A stretch of 64,000 bases of DNA from Desulfomicrobium sp. UBA5193 (lineage in GTDB: Bacteria; Desulfobacterota; Desulfovibrionia; Desulfovibrionales; Desulfomicrobiaceae), in contig DHWB01000004.1 of the NCBI GenBank assembly GCA_002412965.1, forward strand, positions 457,047 to 521,046. Reading direction: 5' to 3'. Shown piece by piece: positions 9,479 to 18,836 of the stretch (within the stretch, counting starts at the first letter, position 1; the number at the start of each line of letters is the position of its first letter). A program made the position numbers and the translations under genes. The notes beneath the pieces are model-generated. The model saw only the letters and a list, made by a program, of their open reading frames with translations, did no database searches and had not been told where the DNA came from.

Positions 9479-11722
9479 TTATTGTTTCGTGTTGGCCGGA
9501 ACCGTCTGGTTTGCCCCCGTCTGCGGGGCCGTTTCGCTCGTCTGGTTTGTCTGGGCGGTGGAGAAGAGAGGTTTCAGACTGGCGGCCAGACTCTGGATGT
9601 AGCCTTTGTCCCAGGCCATGCCCAGGGCCACGAAAAGGAACAGCAGCAAGGCCCAGCGTTTCCAGGGCGTCTTTTTTTCTGCGAAGGGGTCCAGCAGGGA
9701 GCGTTTGGCGCCTTGGGGCAACTCGGCCAGCTTGGTCAGGGTGGCACCGAAGGGGATGTTGATTCTGGCTTTGGTGTTCACCGCCCAGCCACCGGCGTCG
9801 AGGATGGGGGCCAGGTTGCGTTGGCGGAGTTTCAAGTAGGCGATAAGCATGGACGGCCCCGAGATCATGAGCATGATGCCGCCGATGACCAGGGGCATCT
9901 GCCACAGGGCTAGGCTCAGAAATCCGCCCATGACTGCGGCCAGGGCTGTGCCGATGGCGCCCAGAGCCAGGCCGATGGCGGCAAAGATGCCTGCGAACTT
10001 GCCCACGTCGAAGGGTGTCGGAGTCTTGGTTGCGTCCGGACTTGTACCAATGCCCGCCAGCTTCGTTCCGGCGGTGGCGTCCACGGCGCTGTCTTTGGCT
10101 GCTGCGAATTTGGCGATCTGCTCCCCGATCATGCGGCCAATGCGTTTGTAGGGCGACATGAACGCCTGGCGCACGCTGATGGGATGCTCGATGATCTTGA
10201 CTATCGTGGCATCCCAATCCCGGTCGAGGCGGTCATAGAAGAGGCCGTTGCGCCCGATCATCAGGTTGTCAGAGTCGCCTCCGGTAAAGGCGGCGGCGAT
10301 GTACATATGCTCAGAGCTCCCGCTCCGCGTGCAACGGCAGTAGGCGAGATAGGTCTGGCTCAGTGTGGCCAGGGTGGCGTGCGTGTCGGGGTTGGCGACC
10401 CGCACGCAGAGTTCGCAGGCCCGGCCGTCCAGATACAGGGTGCCGGCCTGGAAGATGGCTTTGCGGTCCTGGGCGTAGAAGTCGCGAAAGGCCACGAAAT
10501 TGTTGAGCAGGGGCAAAAGGTCGCGAGTGAAGTGCACGAGCCGCGTCACTCCTTCAAAGCTCTCCACCTGCTCGGCCAGGCTCAGGTCCTCGGTGACGAT
10601 TTTTTCCAGCGTCTCCCGGCTGTCTCCTGCGAGCAGAGCCTTGATCCGCTCGTATCCCAATCCCTCCACTTCGGTTCCGGCTTTGGCGGCCTGCCAAGCT
10701 TCGAAGGGGCTCAGCACGTTTTTGATCTGGTCCCATTGGCAGCTTGAAAGGCTGTCCACCTCTCCGAAAAGCGGCGTGACCAGCAGGGTATTGAATGCCA
10801 CCAGAGCTTCAGCCCAGGCGGGATTGACACCGATCTGCAGCGGCAGTGGGCGGTCGGCTTCGATCCTGGCCAGGGGGAAATGCTCCAGCTCTGCATTGAG
10901 GGTCAGCTCTTTTAGCGAGATGGCTTCATAGGTGGTCAGGGCCGGGCTGAGCGCTTCCACGGATTTGGGGTCATAGGCGGCCAGGGCGCTGCGGATGAAA
11001 TAGTCGTCTATTTTGATGCGCAGGGCCTGGACGCTGGCTACCGCTGAAGCGGTGTTCTCCCCGAAGGGCAGGATGGCCTGCGCATTGGACCTAGCATCGT
11101 CCAGCCACGCGGCATGGAGGGTCAATGCCTGGAAAAACCCTTCGATCTGCTCTACGGAGATTCCGGGTGCTCCCCCACGATCCTGGACGCTGCCCACGCA
11201 GGCCATGATCTCTTCGATGAGGTGCTGGGTTGTCTCGTCGCGCGCCGATGCAGGAGTGATGACTCCGTCTCCGTTGAAGGGGGAGTCATGGAGCAGGGAC
11301 TCGGTGCTGTTCACGTGCTCAATAGTGATGCTCTCCGCCCCGGACTGGCCCAGAAAATTCTGAATCTGCCGCGCAGAAGCCAGCAACTTTCGTCCTTCGT
11401 CAGTCGAGTCGTCGATGGCTGCAAGCGGCAGGGCCGAGCTGCCCGCGAGCAGGGGGCGCAGGTCGCGCAGCACCGCGCTCACCCATTCGACGGCGGCCAG
11501 AATTTCGGGCACCCGGACCCGGCCGTCGCCATCGGTGTCGAGCATGGCCAAGGTCTGGGGATCGAATTCCAGCCCGTTGACCGGACAGCTCAGGGCCGCC
11601 CAGAGTTTCTGGTCAAGTTCGCCCAGGTGCAGGAGATCTTCGGCGGAATCGAGCCGGACTTGATCAAAGCCGCCAAGGCGAAAGAAACGCCAGCGATGAA
11701 GGGACGCTGATCCTGTCTCCAT
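9479..11722 (-). CDS. Large conserved-looking hypothetical protein with an EF-hand-like loop and C-terminal membrane segments
   Basis: 747-aa ORF with AGGAG RBS; DTDGDGRVRVPE loop; Gly/Ala-rich hydrophobic C-terminal helices. Confidence 0.75.
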   Translation of the reverse strand: METGSASLHRWRFFRLGGFDQVRLDSAEDLLHLGELDQKLWAALSCPVNGLEFDPQTLAMLDTDGDGRVRVPEILAAVEWVSAVLRDLRPLLAGSSALPLAAIDDSTDEGRKLLASARQIQNFLGQSGAESITIEHVNSTESLLHDSPFNGDGVITPASARDETTQHLIEEIMACVGSVQDRGGAPGISVEQIEGFFQALTLHAAWLDDARSNAQAILPFGENTASAVASVQALRIKIDDYFIRSALAAYDPKSVEALSPALTTYEAISLKELTLNAELEHFPLARIEADRPLPLQIGVNPAWAEALVAFNTLLVTPLFGEVDSLSSCQWDQIKNVLSPFEAWQAAKAGTEVEGLGYERIKALLAGDSRETLEKIVTEDLSLAEQVESFEGVTRLVHFTRDLLPLLNNFVAFRDFYAQDRKAIFQAGTLYLDGRACELCVRVANPDTHATLATLSQTYLAYCRCTRSGSSEHMYIAAAFTGGDSDNLMIGRNGLFYDRLDRDWDATIVKIIEHPISVRQAFMSPYKRIGRMIGEQIAKFAAAKDSAVDATAGTKLAGIGTSPDATKTPTPFDVGKFAGIFAAIGLALGAIGTALAAVMGGFLSLALWQMPLVIGGIMLMISGPSMLIAYLKLRQRNLAPILDAGGWAVNTKARINIPFGATLTKLAELPQGAKRSLLDPFAEKKTPWKRWALLLFLFVALGMAWDKGYIQSLAASLKPLFSTAQTNQTSETAPQTGANQTVPANTKQ

Positions 11723-11905
11723 GAATGCTCCTTTTTAAGAAAGATCTCTTGGTTCGGGTTGATTGCAGGAGTTTCATACGCACAAGCCCGTTTTGAGATC
11801 AAGGGCGAGCTGCTGTCAGACACGAATTGCTTTCAGGATCGGCCACGTCCGGATTTCATTTTGGTCCGTTGCCCACCAGCTTTTTCAGGAAAGGAGAACT
11901 GGAGC

Positions 11906-12568
11906 TCAATCTCCGTGGCCGTGCTGAAGAACATGAAGAAGGGATGCGATCTTCTTTTTGATGTCCTGCGCTTGCGTGATCTCCGTGACCAGTGCGAGGC
12001 AGCGCGCGCCGTGGGCGGCCACTTCCGCCAGATTGTGCTCCTTGATCCCCCCGATGGCCACAAAGGGCAGGTCGATCTCGCGGGCCACGAAATCAAGATA
12101 GTCCAGGCCCACCGGCGCGCAGACGTCGTCCTTGGTCTGGGTGGCGAAGATGGGGCCGACGCCGATGTAATCCACGCCATGCGCCACGGCCGCGCGGGCC
12201 TGCTCCGGAGAATGGGTGGAGAGCCCGATGGCCATTTTTTCGCCAACCAGCATTCGCACGGCCGCCACGGGCAGGTCTTCCTGCCCCACGTGGACTCCGT
12301 CGGCGCCGACCAGAAGCGCCAGATCTATGTCGTCGTTGACGATAAGCGCCGCGCCCGCCTCCCTGGTCATGACCCGCAGGCGCAGGCATTCCTCATATTT
12401 GAGCCCCATTTTTTTGCTCTTTTCGCGGTACTGAATGATGCGCACCCCGGCATCCAGCATGGCCGTGACCACGTCCACATTGGAGCGGCCCAGGGAGAAT
12501 TTTTCGGCGGTCAGGCCATACAGCCCTCCTTTTCGGATCAGTTGGGTCACAAGCGTGCGTCCGGTCAT
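11906..12568 (-). CDS. thiE: Thiamine-phosphate synthase
   Basis: QYREK, IVNDD, GVHVGQED, GLSTH, VAIGGI motifs; ATGA overlap with the thiF stop. Confidence 0.95.
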   Translation of the reverse strand: MTGRTLVTQLIRKGGLYGLTAEKFSLGRSNVDVVTAMLDAGVRIIQYREKSKKMGLKYEECLRLRVMTREAGAALIVNDDIDLALLVGADGVHVGQEDLPVAAVRMLVGEKMAIGLSTHSPEQARAAVAHGVDYIGVGPIFATQTKDDVCAPVGLDYLDFVAREIDLPFVAIGGIKEHNLAEVAAHGARCLALVTEITQAQDIKKKIASLLHVLQHGHGD

Positions 12569-13188
12569 GATTGCTCCATGTATATGGTAAAGAAGTGGTT
12601 CAGGATCACGTCGGCCTGCATTGCCGCGGCCATGCCCACGCCCGGAGAGAGGGGCGGAGTGGAGCCGTCGCATGGGGTAGAGTGGTCGCCGACAACGATG
12701 AGGTTCGGGCGCACCGTTCTTGCGCGCATCTCCCCCGCGCGGCCGAACCCGCCCAGTCCCGAGGCGCTGACCACCAGGCGGCCCGTGGGCACGAGGGTTT
12801 CGATGATGAGTTTCTTGGTGCCGGCCTCGTCCACGGCCTCGACCACGGCCTGGCAGGATTCGAAGAGGCCCGCCATGTTGCCGGCGTCCACGCGCAGGTG
12901 ATGGGCCGTGATCCGGGCTGACGGATTGACGGCCAGCAGGTTGTCTCGCAGCGCCAGGACCTTGGGGCTGCCGACCTGGGCCAGCACGAAATGCTGCCGG
13001 TTCAGGTTGGAAGGTTCGATCGTGTCCGCGTCGGCCAGAACCAGATCCGAGAATCCGCTGCGGACCAGATGCATGGCACAGTTGGAACCAAGGCCTCCGG
13101 CTCCGATGATGCCGACCCGCACGGTGCGCAGAAAAACCAGCAAGCCCGCGTCCAGATAGCGCTCAAGGCCCTGTTCGAACTGGTTCAT
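12565..13188 (-). CDS. thiF: Sulfur-carrier protein ThiS adenylyltransferase
   Basis: GAGGLGS and SNLNRQ motifs; thi operon context. Confidence 0.93.
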   Translation of the reverse strand: MNQFEQGLERYLDAGLLVFLRTVRVGIIGAGGLGSNCAMHLVRSGFSDLVLADADTIEPSNLNRQHFVLAQVGSPKVLALRDNLLAVNPSARITAHHLRVDAGNMAGLFESCQAVVEAVDEAGTKKLIIETLVPTGRLVVSASGLGGFGRAGEMRARTVRPNLIVVGDHSTPCDGSTPPLSPGVGMAAAMQADVILNHFFTIYMEQS

Positions 13189-14297
13189 GCGCTGGCGTCC
13201 AGAGGTTCCCAGTCCTTGAAGACGGGCTGATAGCCGCGTGATCTGAGCATGGCGCAGACCTCTTCCACGCTGCGCGGGTCGGAGATCTCGAATTGTCCGT
13301 TGTCGGCCGGCTTGGTGTGCCCGCCTACCGCCGTACTCACTCCGGCCGACATGCGTGTAACGCCCAGCGGCAGGATGTTGTCGCGAAAGGCCGGAGCCTC
13401 TCGGGTTGAGATGGTGACGGACAAACGCGGCAGGAAGATGCGCAAGGCGGTCATGGCCTGGACCAGTTCCCGGTCGGAGACGATGCAGGCTGGCTGAAAC
13501 GCTCCGGCATGGGGCCGCATGCGCGGCAGGGAAACGGCGATGTCCACTCCGGGATAGCGTTTCTGCAGCCAGGCCGCGTGCAGGCCGGTGATGTAGATTT
13601 CCCGCCGCCAGTCGGAAAGCCCCAGCAGGGCGCCGATGTTGACGACGCGCATGCCCGCCTCGGCCCCACGCTGGGGCGTATTCAGGCGGTAGGCGTAGTC
13701 GCGCTTGGGACCGGCGGGATGAAGTTCGGCGTAGAGCGCGGGATCATAGGTTTCCTGGAAAACCGTCAGCCCGTCCACGCCTGCCGCCACCAGCCGCCTG
13801 TAATCCGCCGTATCCATGGGATAGACCTCGATGGACAGGGAGGGAAACAGCGGGCGCAATACCCGCACGCAGGCTTCCAGATAGTCCACGCCCGCCTTTT
13901 GCGGGGCTTCGCCGGTCAGCAGGAGCAGATGCCCAAGCCCCGTGGCGGCGATGGCCTCGCCTTCGGCACGGACCTCGTCCAGGGTCAACTGGCTGCGCGG
14001 GATCGTGTTCGTGGCCGCGAATCCGCAGTAGCGGCAATGGTTGGCGCAGTGGTTGGAGATGTAGAGGGGAGTGAAGAGGCTCACGGTGCGGCCGAAATGG
14101 CGCAGAGTCAGGTCGTGGGCGCGCGCGGCCATGGCTTCAAGATTGGGCTCGGCGGCTGGGGAGAGCAAGGACAGGAATCCGGCTTCGCCGATGTGCTCCT
14201 GGCCGAGGACGCGCAGCACGTCATGGCCCGTTACGGCCTGGAAGCGGTCCCGCAGGGGTTGCCGGGCGAGATCGAGGGCCTCGGGCAGAAAGCTCAT
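13185..14297 (-). CDS. thiH: 2-iminoacetate synthase (radical SAM)
   Basis: [33 protein letters not shown] motifs; ATGA overlap with thiG. Confidence 0.95.
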   Translation of the reverse strand: MSFLPEALDLARQPLRDRFQAVTGHDVLRVLGQEHIGEAGFLSLLSPAAEPNLEAMAARAHDLTLRHFGRTVSLFTPLYISNHCANHCRYCGFAATNTIPRSQLTLDEVRAEGEAIAATGLGHLLLLTGEAPQKAGVDYLEACVRVLRPLFPSLSIEVYPMDTADYRRLVAAGVDGLTVFQETYDPALYAELHPAGPKRDYAYRLNTPQRGAEAGMRVVNIGALLGLSDWRREIYITGLHAAWLQKRYPGVDIAVSLPRMRPHAGAFQPACIVSDRELVQAMTALRIFLPRLSVTISTREAPAFRDNILPLGVTRMSAGVSTAVGGHTKPADNGQFEISDPRSVEEVCAMLRSRGYQPVFKDWEPLDASA

Positions 14298-15082
14298 GCC
14301 GCTCCTCCCGCGTCCAGAAATCCGGTCAGGGGTGAGGACGCCTGGGCCAGGGTGGAGACGGTGCCGGGACCTGCCAGATAGGCTTCGCGGCCAGCCGCGA
14401 CCGCCTTGCCGAATGCCTGGCCCATGAGCACGGGGTCGCCTGCCGTGGCGATGGCCGTGTTGACCAGGCACGCGGCGGCCCCCATCTCCATGGCCTGGCA
14501 GGCCTGGCTCGGCGCGCCGATGCCGGCGTCGACGATGATGGGCAGGTCCATTTCCTCGATCAGGATGCGGATCATCTCTTCGGTCCGCAGGCCCCGGTTG
14601 GTGCCGATGGGCGCGCCCAGAGGCATGATCGCCGCCGCCCCGGCGCTGGCGAGGGATCGCGCCACATACAGGTCCGGGTTCATGTACGGCAGGACGACGA
14701 ACCCTTCCGCCGCCAGAATCTCGGTGGCCTTGGCCGTTTCATAGCCGTCGGGCAGAAGGTGGCGGTTGTCGGAGATGACCTCGATCTTGATCCAGTTCCC
14801 GCAGCCCATGGCCCTGGCCAGCCGGGCGATGCGCACGGCCTCTTCGGCGGTGCGCGCGCCGGAGGTGTTGGGCAGCAGGATCATGTGCTTCGGGATGTGG
14901 CGCATGACGTTGTCCGCGCTCTTGTCCAGGTCCACCCGGCGCAGGGCCACGGTGATGACCTGTGATCCGGAGGCCTCGCACACGGCCGGGATGAGGGCGT
15001 CGTTGCCATACTTGCCGGTGCCGGTGAAGAGGCGGCTGCCGAGCTGTCTGCCGCCCAGTTCAAAAATATCGGTATGTTCCAT
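14294..15082 (-). CDS. thiG: Thiazole synthase
   Basis: [36 protein letters not shown] motifs. Confidence 0.97.
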   Translation of the reverse strand: MEHTDIFELGGRQLGSRLFTGTGKYGNDALIPAVCEASGSQVITVALRRVDLDKSADNVMRHIPKHMILLPNTSGARTAEEAVRIARLARAMGCGNWIKIEVISDNRHLLPDGYETAKATEILAAEGFVVLPYMNPDLYVARSLASAGAAAIMPLGAPIGTNRGLRTEEMIRILIEEMDLPIIVDAGIGAPSQACQAMEMGAAACLVNTAIATAGDPVLMGQAFGKAVAAGREAYLAGPGTVSTLAQASSPLTGFLDAGGAA

Positions 15083-15157
15083 GATGGTTCTCGCTGGTCG
15101 AAGTGAGGCGCGGATGTGCCTGCGCCATGTAGTGTGAGGATGACGAGGCGTGCGCGC

Positions 15158-15358
15158 TCATCCGCCGCCGACAAAGCTCAGAAGTTCGAGACGGTCGCCG
15201 TCGTGCAGGGCCGTGTCCTCGAATTTCGCGCCGGGCACGATGTTCCCGTTCAACTCGGCGACGACCACGCACGGATCAAGGCCCATGGTCACGATCAGTC
15301 CGTGCAGGGTTTGGCCGGGCGCGGCGTCCAGGGTTCGTCCATTGACGACAATGTGCAT
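15158..15358 (-). CDS. thiS: Sulfur carrier protein ThiS
   Basis: 66 aa, MHIVVNG start with GGAGG RBS, C-terminal FVGGG. Confidence 0.95.
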   Translation of the reverse strand: MHIVVNGRTLDAAPGQTLHGLIVTMGLDPCVVVAELNGNIVPGAKFEDTALHDGDRLELLSFVGGG

Positions 15359-15397
15359 GATGACCTCCGCGAATGGGTGCAAGCAGGGGCGGAGCAT

Positions 15398-15426
15398 AAA
15401 AAAAACCGCGCCGGTGGGGCGCGGTT
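15398..15426 (-). terminator. Intrinsic terminator forming the expression platform of the TPP riboswitch
   Basis: aaccgcgcc-ccacc-ggcgcggtt followed by a long U-run on the minus strand. Confidence 0.85.
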
Positions 15427-15450
15427 CGATGGAACGGGTGATGTCCTGAA

Positions 15451-15540
15451 ACCAGCTTTCCTCCGGCAGCATGAACTGCGTCAGGTTCAAAGGGTCGGGA
15501 TCAAGTCCCCTCTCAGCCCATCGGGCTCCCCCAGCTTGTG
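15451..15540 (-). promoter_or_regulatory. TPP riboswitch
   Basis: Minus strand reads GGGG...GGCTGAGA...GACCCTTTGAACCTGA...GCTGCCGGAGGAA, the THI-box consensus, upstream of thiS. Confidence 0.95.
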
Positions 15541-15607
15541 TGCAGGTCGTGTACGGCGATTCGGGTGTGGTTGTAAAGCAGACGGCTCAAGGTCGCTCGG
15601 GCGCAAT

Positions 15608-16618
15608 CTAATCGGCGATGCCCAGAAGTTCGAAGAGAAAGAAACATACACTGGCCATGAAGGCCGAGGCTGGAATGGTCAGAATCCAGGCCACGACAAG
15701 GTTGCCGGCGATGCCCCAGCGTACGGCGGAGAGGCGCTTGGTCGAGCCGACGCCAAAGACGCAGGCGCTTATGGTGTGGGTGGTGGAGATGGGGGCACCC
15801 ATGAGGGAGGCGCCGGTGATGACCAGCGCCGCCGAGGTCTCGGCCGCGAAGCCGTGCACGGGTTCGAGCTTGAAGATCTTGTGGCCCATGGTCTTGATGA
15901 TCTTCCATCCGCCCAGGGCCGTACCCATGGCCATGGCAGAGGCGCAGGCCAGCTTGACCCACAGGGGCACATGGATGGTGTCAATCTGGTGAAAGAGAAA
16001 AAGGGCCAGGGTGATGACGCCCATTGTTTTCTGCGCGTCGTTGAGTCCGTGGCTGGTGGCCATGAAGGCGGAGGAGAGGATCTGCAGCTTTTCAAAATAG
16101 CGGGATACGCTGTGCCGGTTGGCTCGCCAGAAAAGAAGCATGATCGCGGTCATGACCGCGTAGCTCACGGCGAAACCTGCAAGGGGCGATATGACCAGGG
16201 GCAGCAGCACCTTCTTGACGATGGAAATGCCGTTCAGGGAGGTCAGCCCCGCATGCGTGATGGCCGCGCCCATGAGACCGCCGATGAGCGCATGGGAAGA
16301 CGAGGAGGGTATCCCGAAATACCAGGTGATCAGATTCCAGGCGATGGCCCCGACAAGGGCCGCGAGGACAAGGGTCTGGCTGCCCATGACCATGTCTGTA
16401 TTGACGATCCCCGAACCCAGGGTGTGGGCGACCTCTTCTCCGAGCAGCGCCCCGACCAGATTCAGGCTCGCGGCCATGATCACCGCGCTGCGGGGCGACA
16501 TGACTTTGGTCGAGACCACAGTGGCGATGGCGTTGGCGCAATCGTGAGCCCCGTTGGTAAAGTCGAAGATCAGGGCCACCAGGACAATGACCACAAGAAG
16601 TATCGGGATTTCAAGCAT
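15608..16618 (-). CDS. Inorganic phosphate transporter, PiT family
   Basis: NGAHDCANAIAT, GIPSSSSHAL, HGLNDAQK, PISTTH signatures. Confidence 0.95.
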   Translation of the reverse strand: MLEIPILLVVIVLVALIFDFTNGAHDCANAIATVVSTKVMSPRSAVIMAASLNLVGALLGEEVAHTLGSGIVNTDMVMGSQTLVLAALVGAIAWNLITWYFGIPSSSSHALIGGLMGAAITHAGLTSLNGISIVKKVLLPLVISPLAGFAVSYAVMTAIMLLFWRANRHSVSRYFEKLQILSSAFMATSHGLNDAQKTMGVITLALFLFHQIDTIHVPLWVKLACASAMAMGTALGGWKIIKTMGHKIFKLEPVHGFAAETSAALVITGASLMGAPISTTHTISACVFGVGSTKRLSAVRWGIAGNLVVAWILTIPASAFMASVCFFLFELLGIAD

Positions 16619-17240
16619 TTTTCAAAACCACTTCTTCGATGGCGTCGGCTAGATCGTCAATGCGTTCAATGGCCATTTCGAAACGGTCATAGACCTGGGT
16701 CCAGCGCATGATGTTGATGACTTCCTTGGTGTCTCCGGATTCCAGATCGTGCAGTTCCGCCAGTCCTGTGGAGAAGAGCATCTCGCACTCGATCTTGAAT
16801 CCTTTGAGCTTGCGCAGTTGCGCGGCGACATCGTGTTTGGACTCCAGACAGCAGATCATCTCGGCGGTGATCTCGGTCATGGCCTGGATCTTCTGCGCCA
16901 TCTTGCGGGCCGGGAAGCGGATGTACTCGAATCCATAGAGGCGCATGCGCGACGCGATGGCCTTGATCAGATTGATGGAATCTTCCTGCGCCAGGTTCAG
17001 GCGGTAGATGTCCTCACGGTCGATGGGGGTGATGAAGGTCTGGGAGAGTTGGCGAGCTATCTCGCGGCTCAGTTCGTCGGCGTCCGCCTCAATGAGGGTC
17101 ACGGTCTTGCAGGCGTTGTCCACGCAGCTGAAGTCGTCCATGATTCTGGTCAATTGTGCGGCGGCCTCCTTCAGTATTCCGCTTTGCCTGTTTAGCATCT
17201 CGAAGAAGTGGATGTTCTTGGGAAAGAGGGAAAAAGCCAT
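16611..17240 (-). CDS. DUF47 (PhoU-like) phosphate transport regulator
   Basis: E..AD and TFITPIDREDI motifs; overlaps the PiT start. Confidence 0.92.
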   Translation of the reverse strand: MAFSLFPKNIHFFEMLNRQSGILKEAAAQLTRIMDDFSCVDNACKTVTLIEADADELSREIARQLSQTFITPIDREDIYRLNLAQEDSINLIKAIASRMRLYGFEYIRFPARKMAQKIQAMTEITAEMICCLESKHDVAAQLRKLKGFKIECEMLFSTGLAELHDLESGDTKEVINIMRWTQVYDRFEMAIERIDDLADAIEEVVLKNA

Positions 17241-17262
17241 TCGCGTGAACTCCGGCGTTATG

Positions 17263-17415
17263 GTTACGGCTTTATGACGAACCGTCGAGAAGGATCATTT
17301 TAACATACCAAGACGTCGAGTGGTCATGTCATACACTTGTAACACTCGACCCAAACGCGCGGAATAATAATCGGTCGTACAGATCGACGCAATGGTTTCG
17401 TCACACAACTGTAAC
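17263..17415. promoter_or_regulatory. Three PHO-box-like 11-bp-period direct repeats upstream of DUF47-PiT
   Basis: tgtcat/tgtaac at 17327/17338 (+), cgtcac/tgtaac at 17399/17410 (+), cgtcat/cgtaac at 17279/17268 (-). Confidence 0.6.
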
Positions 17416-17517
17416 ATTTCAATGGCCTTAGCGACGGGAGCTTAAACGGAGAGAAAAGGGAGGAAATTCGGCAGGATAAAGAAGCGGGCATGAGGAGTTC
17501 CTCATGCCCGTGGGGTG

Positions 17518-18825
17518 TTATTTGGCGTATTCGTAGCGCTTGGTGACCCGGTCCGAGAGCTGGGCATGGGCGTATCCGGCCTGACGGGATTTGGCGAAGC
17601 GCTCTTCGGCTTCCTGGCTGCACATGTCGCAACCCTGCACCGGGACGTGCAAACCCAGAGACTTGGGAGTCTGGGCCGTTTCGCTTTCAACGATCAAGAG
17701 TCCCGGACAGTGCGGACAGTCCTTGAGGCGCTCGACCTGAGTCTCGGTGATGTCGTCGGTGTCGTAGTAGATCGAGCGGCGGCGTACGAAATATCCGCCT
17801 TCACGTACTGTTTCCGAGGGCCTTGGGTTGAAATAGATCTCGGGCAGCTGGTCGCAGAGGGCGTTCAGATAGTCGATGGTCGATTTCTGCTCGCGAATCT
17901 TTTCCCGGTCCAGATCCGGTTCCTGCACCGCCGAGAAATCCACGCCGGCCAGGGCCAGGCTGATGCCCAGGTTGACGTAGGGCAGGGCGCCCTTGATGGC
18001 GTAACCACCCTCAAGCACCGCGATGTCGGGTTTGAGCATCTGGGTGAGTTTCGCATAGCCTTGGGCCGTGAAGTTCATGTTGGTGATGGGATCGGAGAAA
18101 TGGTTGTCCTGCCCGGCGGAGTTGATGATCAGGTCCGGCTTGAAATGGTCCAGGATGGGCATGACGATGCGCTCCACGGTCATCAGGTAGCCTTCGTCCG
18201 AGGTGCGCGGGGGCATGGGCACGTTGATGGTGCGGCCAAGGGCCTTGGGGCCTCCGGATTCGGACGGGAAGCCCGTGCCGGGATACAGGGTGCGGCCGTC
18301 CTGGTGCAGGGAAATGAAGAGCACGTCGGGATCATGCCAGTAGATGTCCTGGGTGCCGTCGCCATGATGACAGTCCGTGTCGACCACGGCCACGCGCAGG
18401 TTGCCATAGTGTTCGCGGATCCATTCGATCATGACCGCTTCGATGTTGATGTTGCAGAACCCTCGGCTGCCGTGGACCGTGCGCATGGCGTGGTGGCCGG
18501 GGGGGCGGACCACGGCGAAGGCGCGCTGGCGCTCCTTTTCCATGACCAACTGGGCGGCGCGGATCACGCCTCCGGCGGAGATGAAATGCGAATCGGTGCA
18601 GACGGATTGCACGCTTGGAAAGCAGAAGTGGGCGCGCATGATGTCTTTTTGCTCGGCCACCAGGGGGCGGTATTCGCGGATGCCCTCGATGTCGAAAATG
18701 CCTTCTTCCCGGAACTGGTCCTGGGTGTACAGCAGACGCTCCTCCCGTTCTGGGTGGGTCGGGGAGATGGCCCAGTCGAAGGCCGGAAAGAATATGATGC
18801 CGAGGCTCGATTGTGCGGTGAGCAT
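17518..18825 (-). CDS. Histone deacetylase family (Zn amidohydrolase) protein
   Basis: HPE, RPPGHHA, GFC, DTDCHHGDGTQ, LEGGY motifs. Confidence 0.92.
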   Translation of the reverse strand: MLTAQSSLGIIFFPAFDWAISPTHPEREERLLYTQDQFREEGIFDIEGIREYRPLVAEQKDIMRAHFCFPSVQSVCTDSHFISAGGVIRAAQLVMEKERQRAFAVVRPPGHHAMRTVHGSRGFCNINIEAVMIEWIREHYGNLRVAVVDTDCHHGDGTQDIYWHDPDVLFISLHQDGRTLYPGTGFPSESGGPKALGRTINVPMPPRTSDEGYLMTVERIVMPILDHFKPDLIINSAGQDNHFSDPITNMNFTAQGYAKLTQMLKPDIAVLEGGYAIKGALPYVNLGISLALAGVDFSAVQEPDLDREKIREQKSTIDYLNALCDQLPEIYFNPRPSETVREGGYFVRRRSIYYDTDDITETQVERLKDCPHCPGLLIVESETAQTPKSLGLHVPVQGCDMCSQEAEERFAKSRQAGYAHAQLSDRVTKRYEYAK

Positions 18826-18836
18826 GGTCCCTCCGG

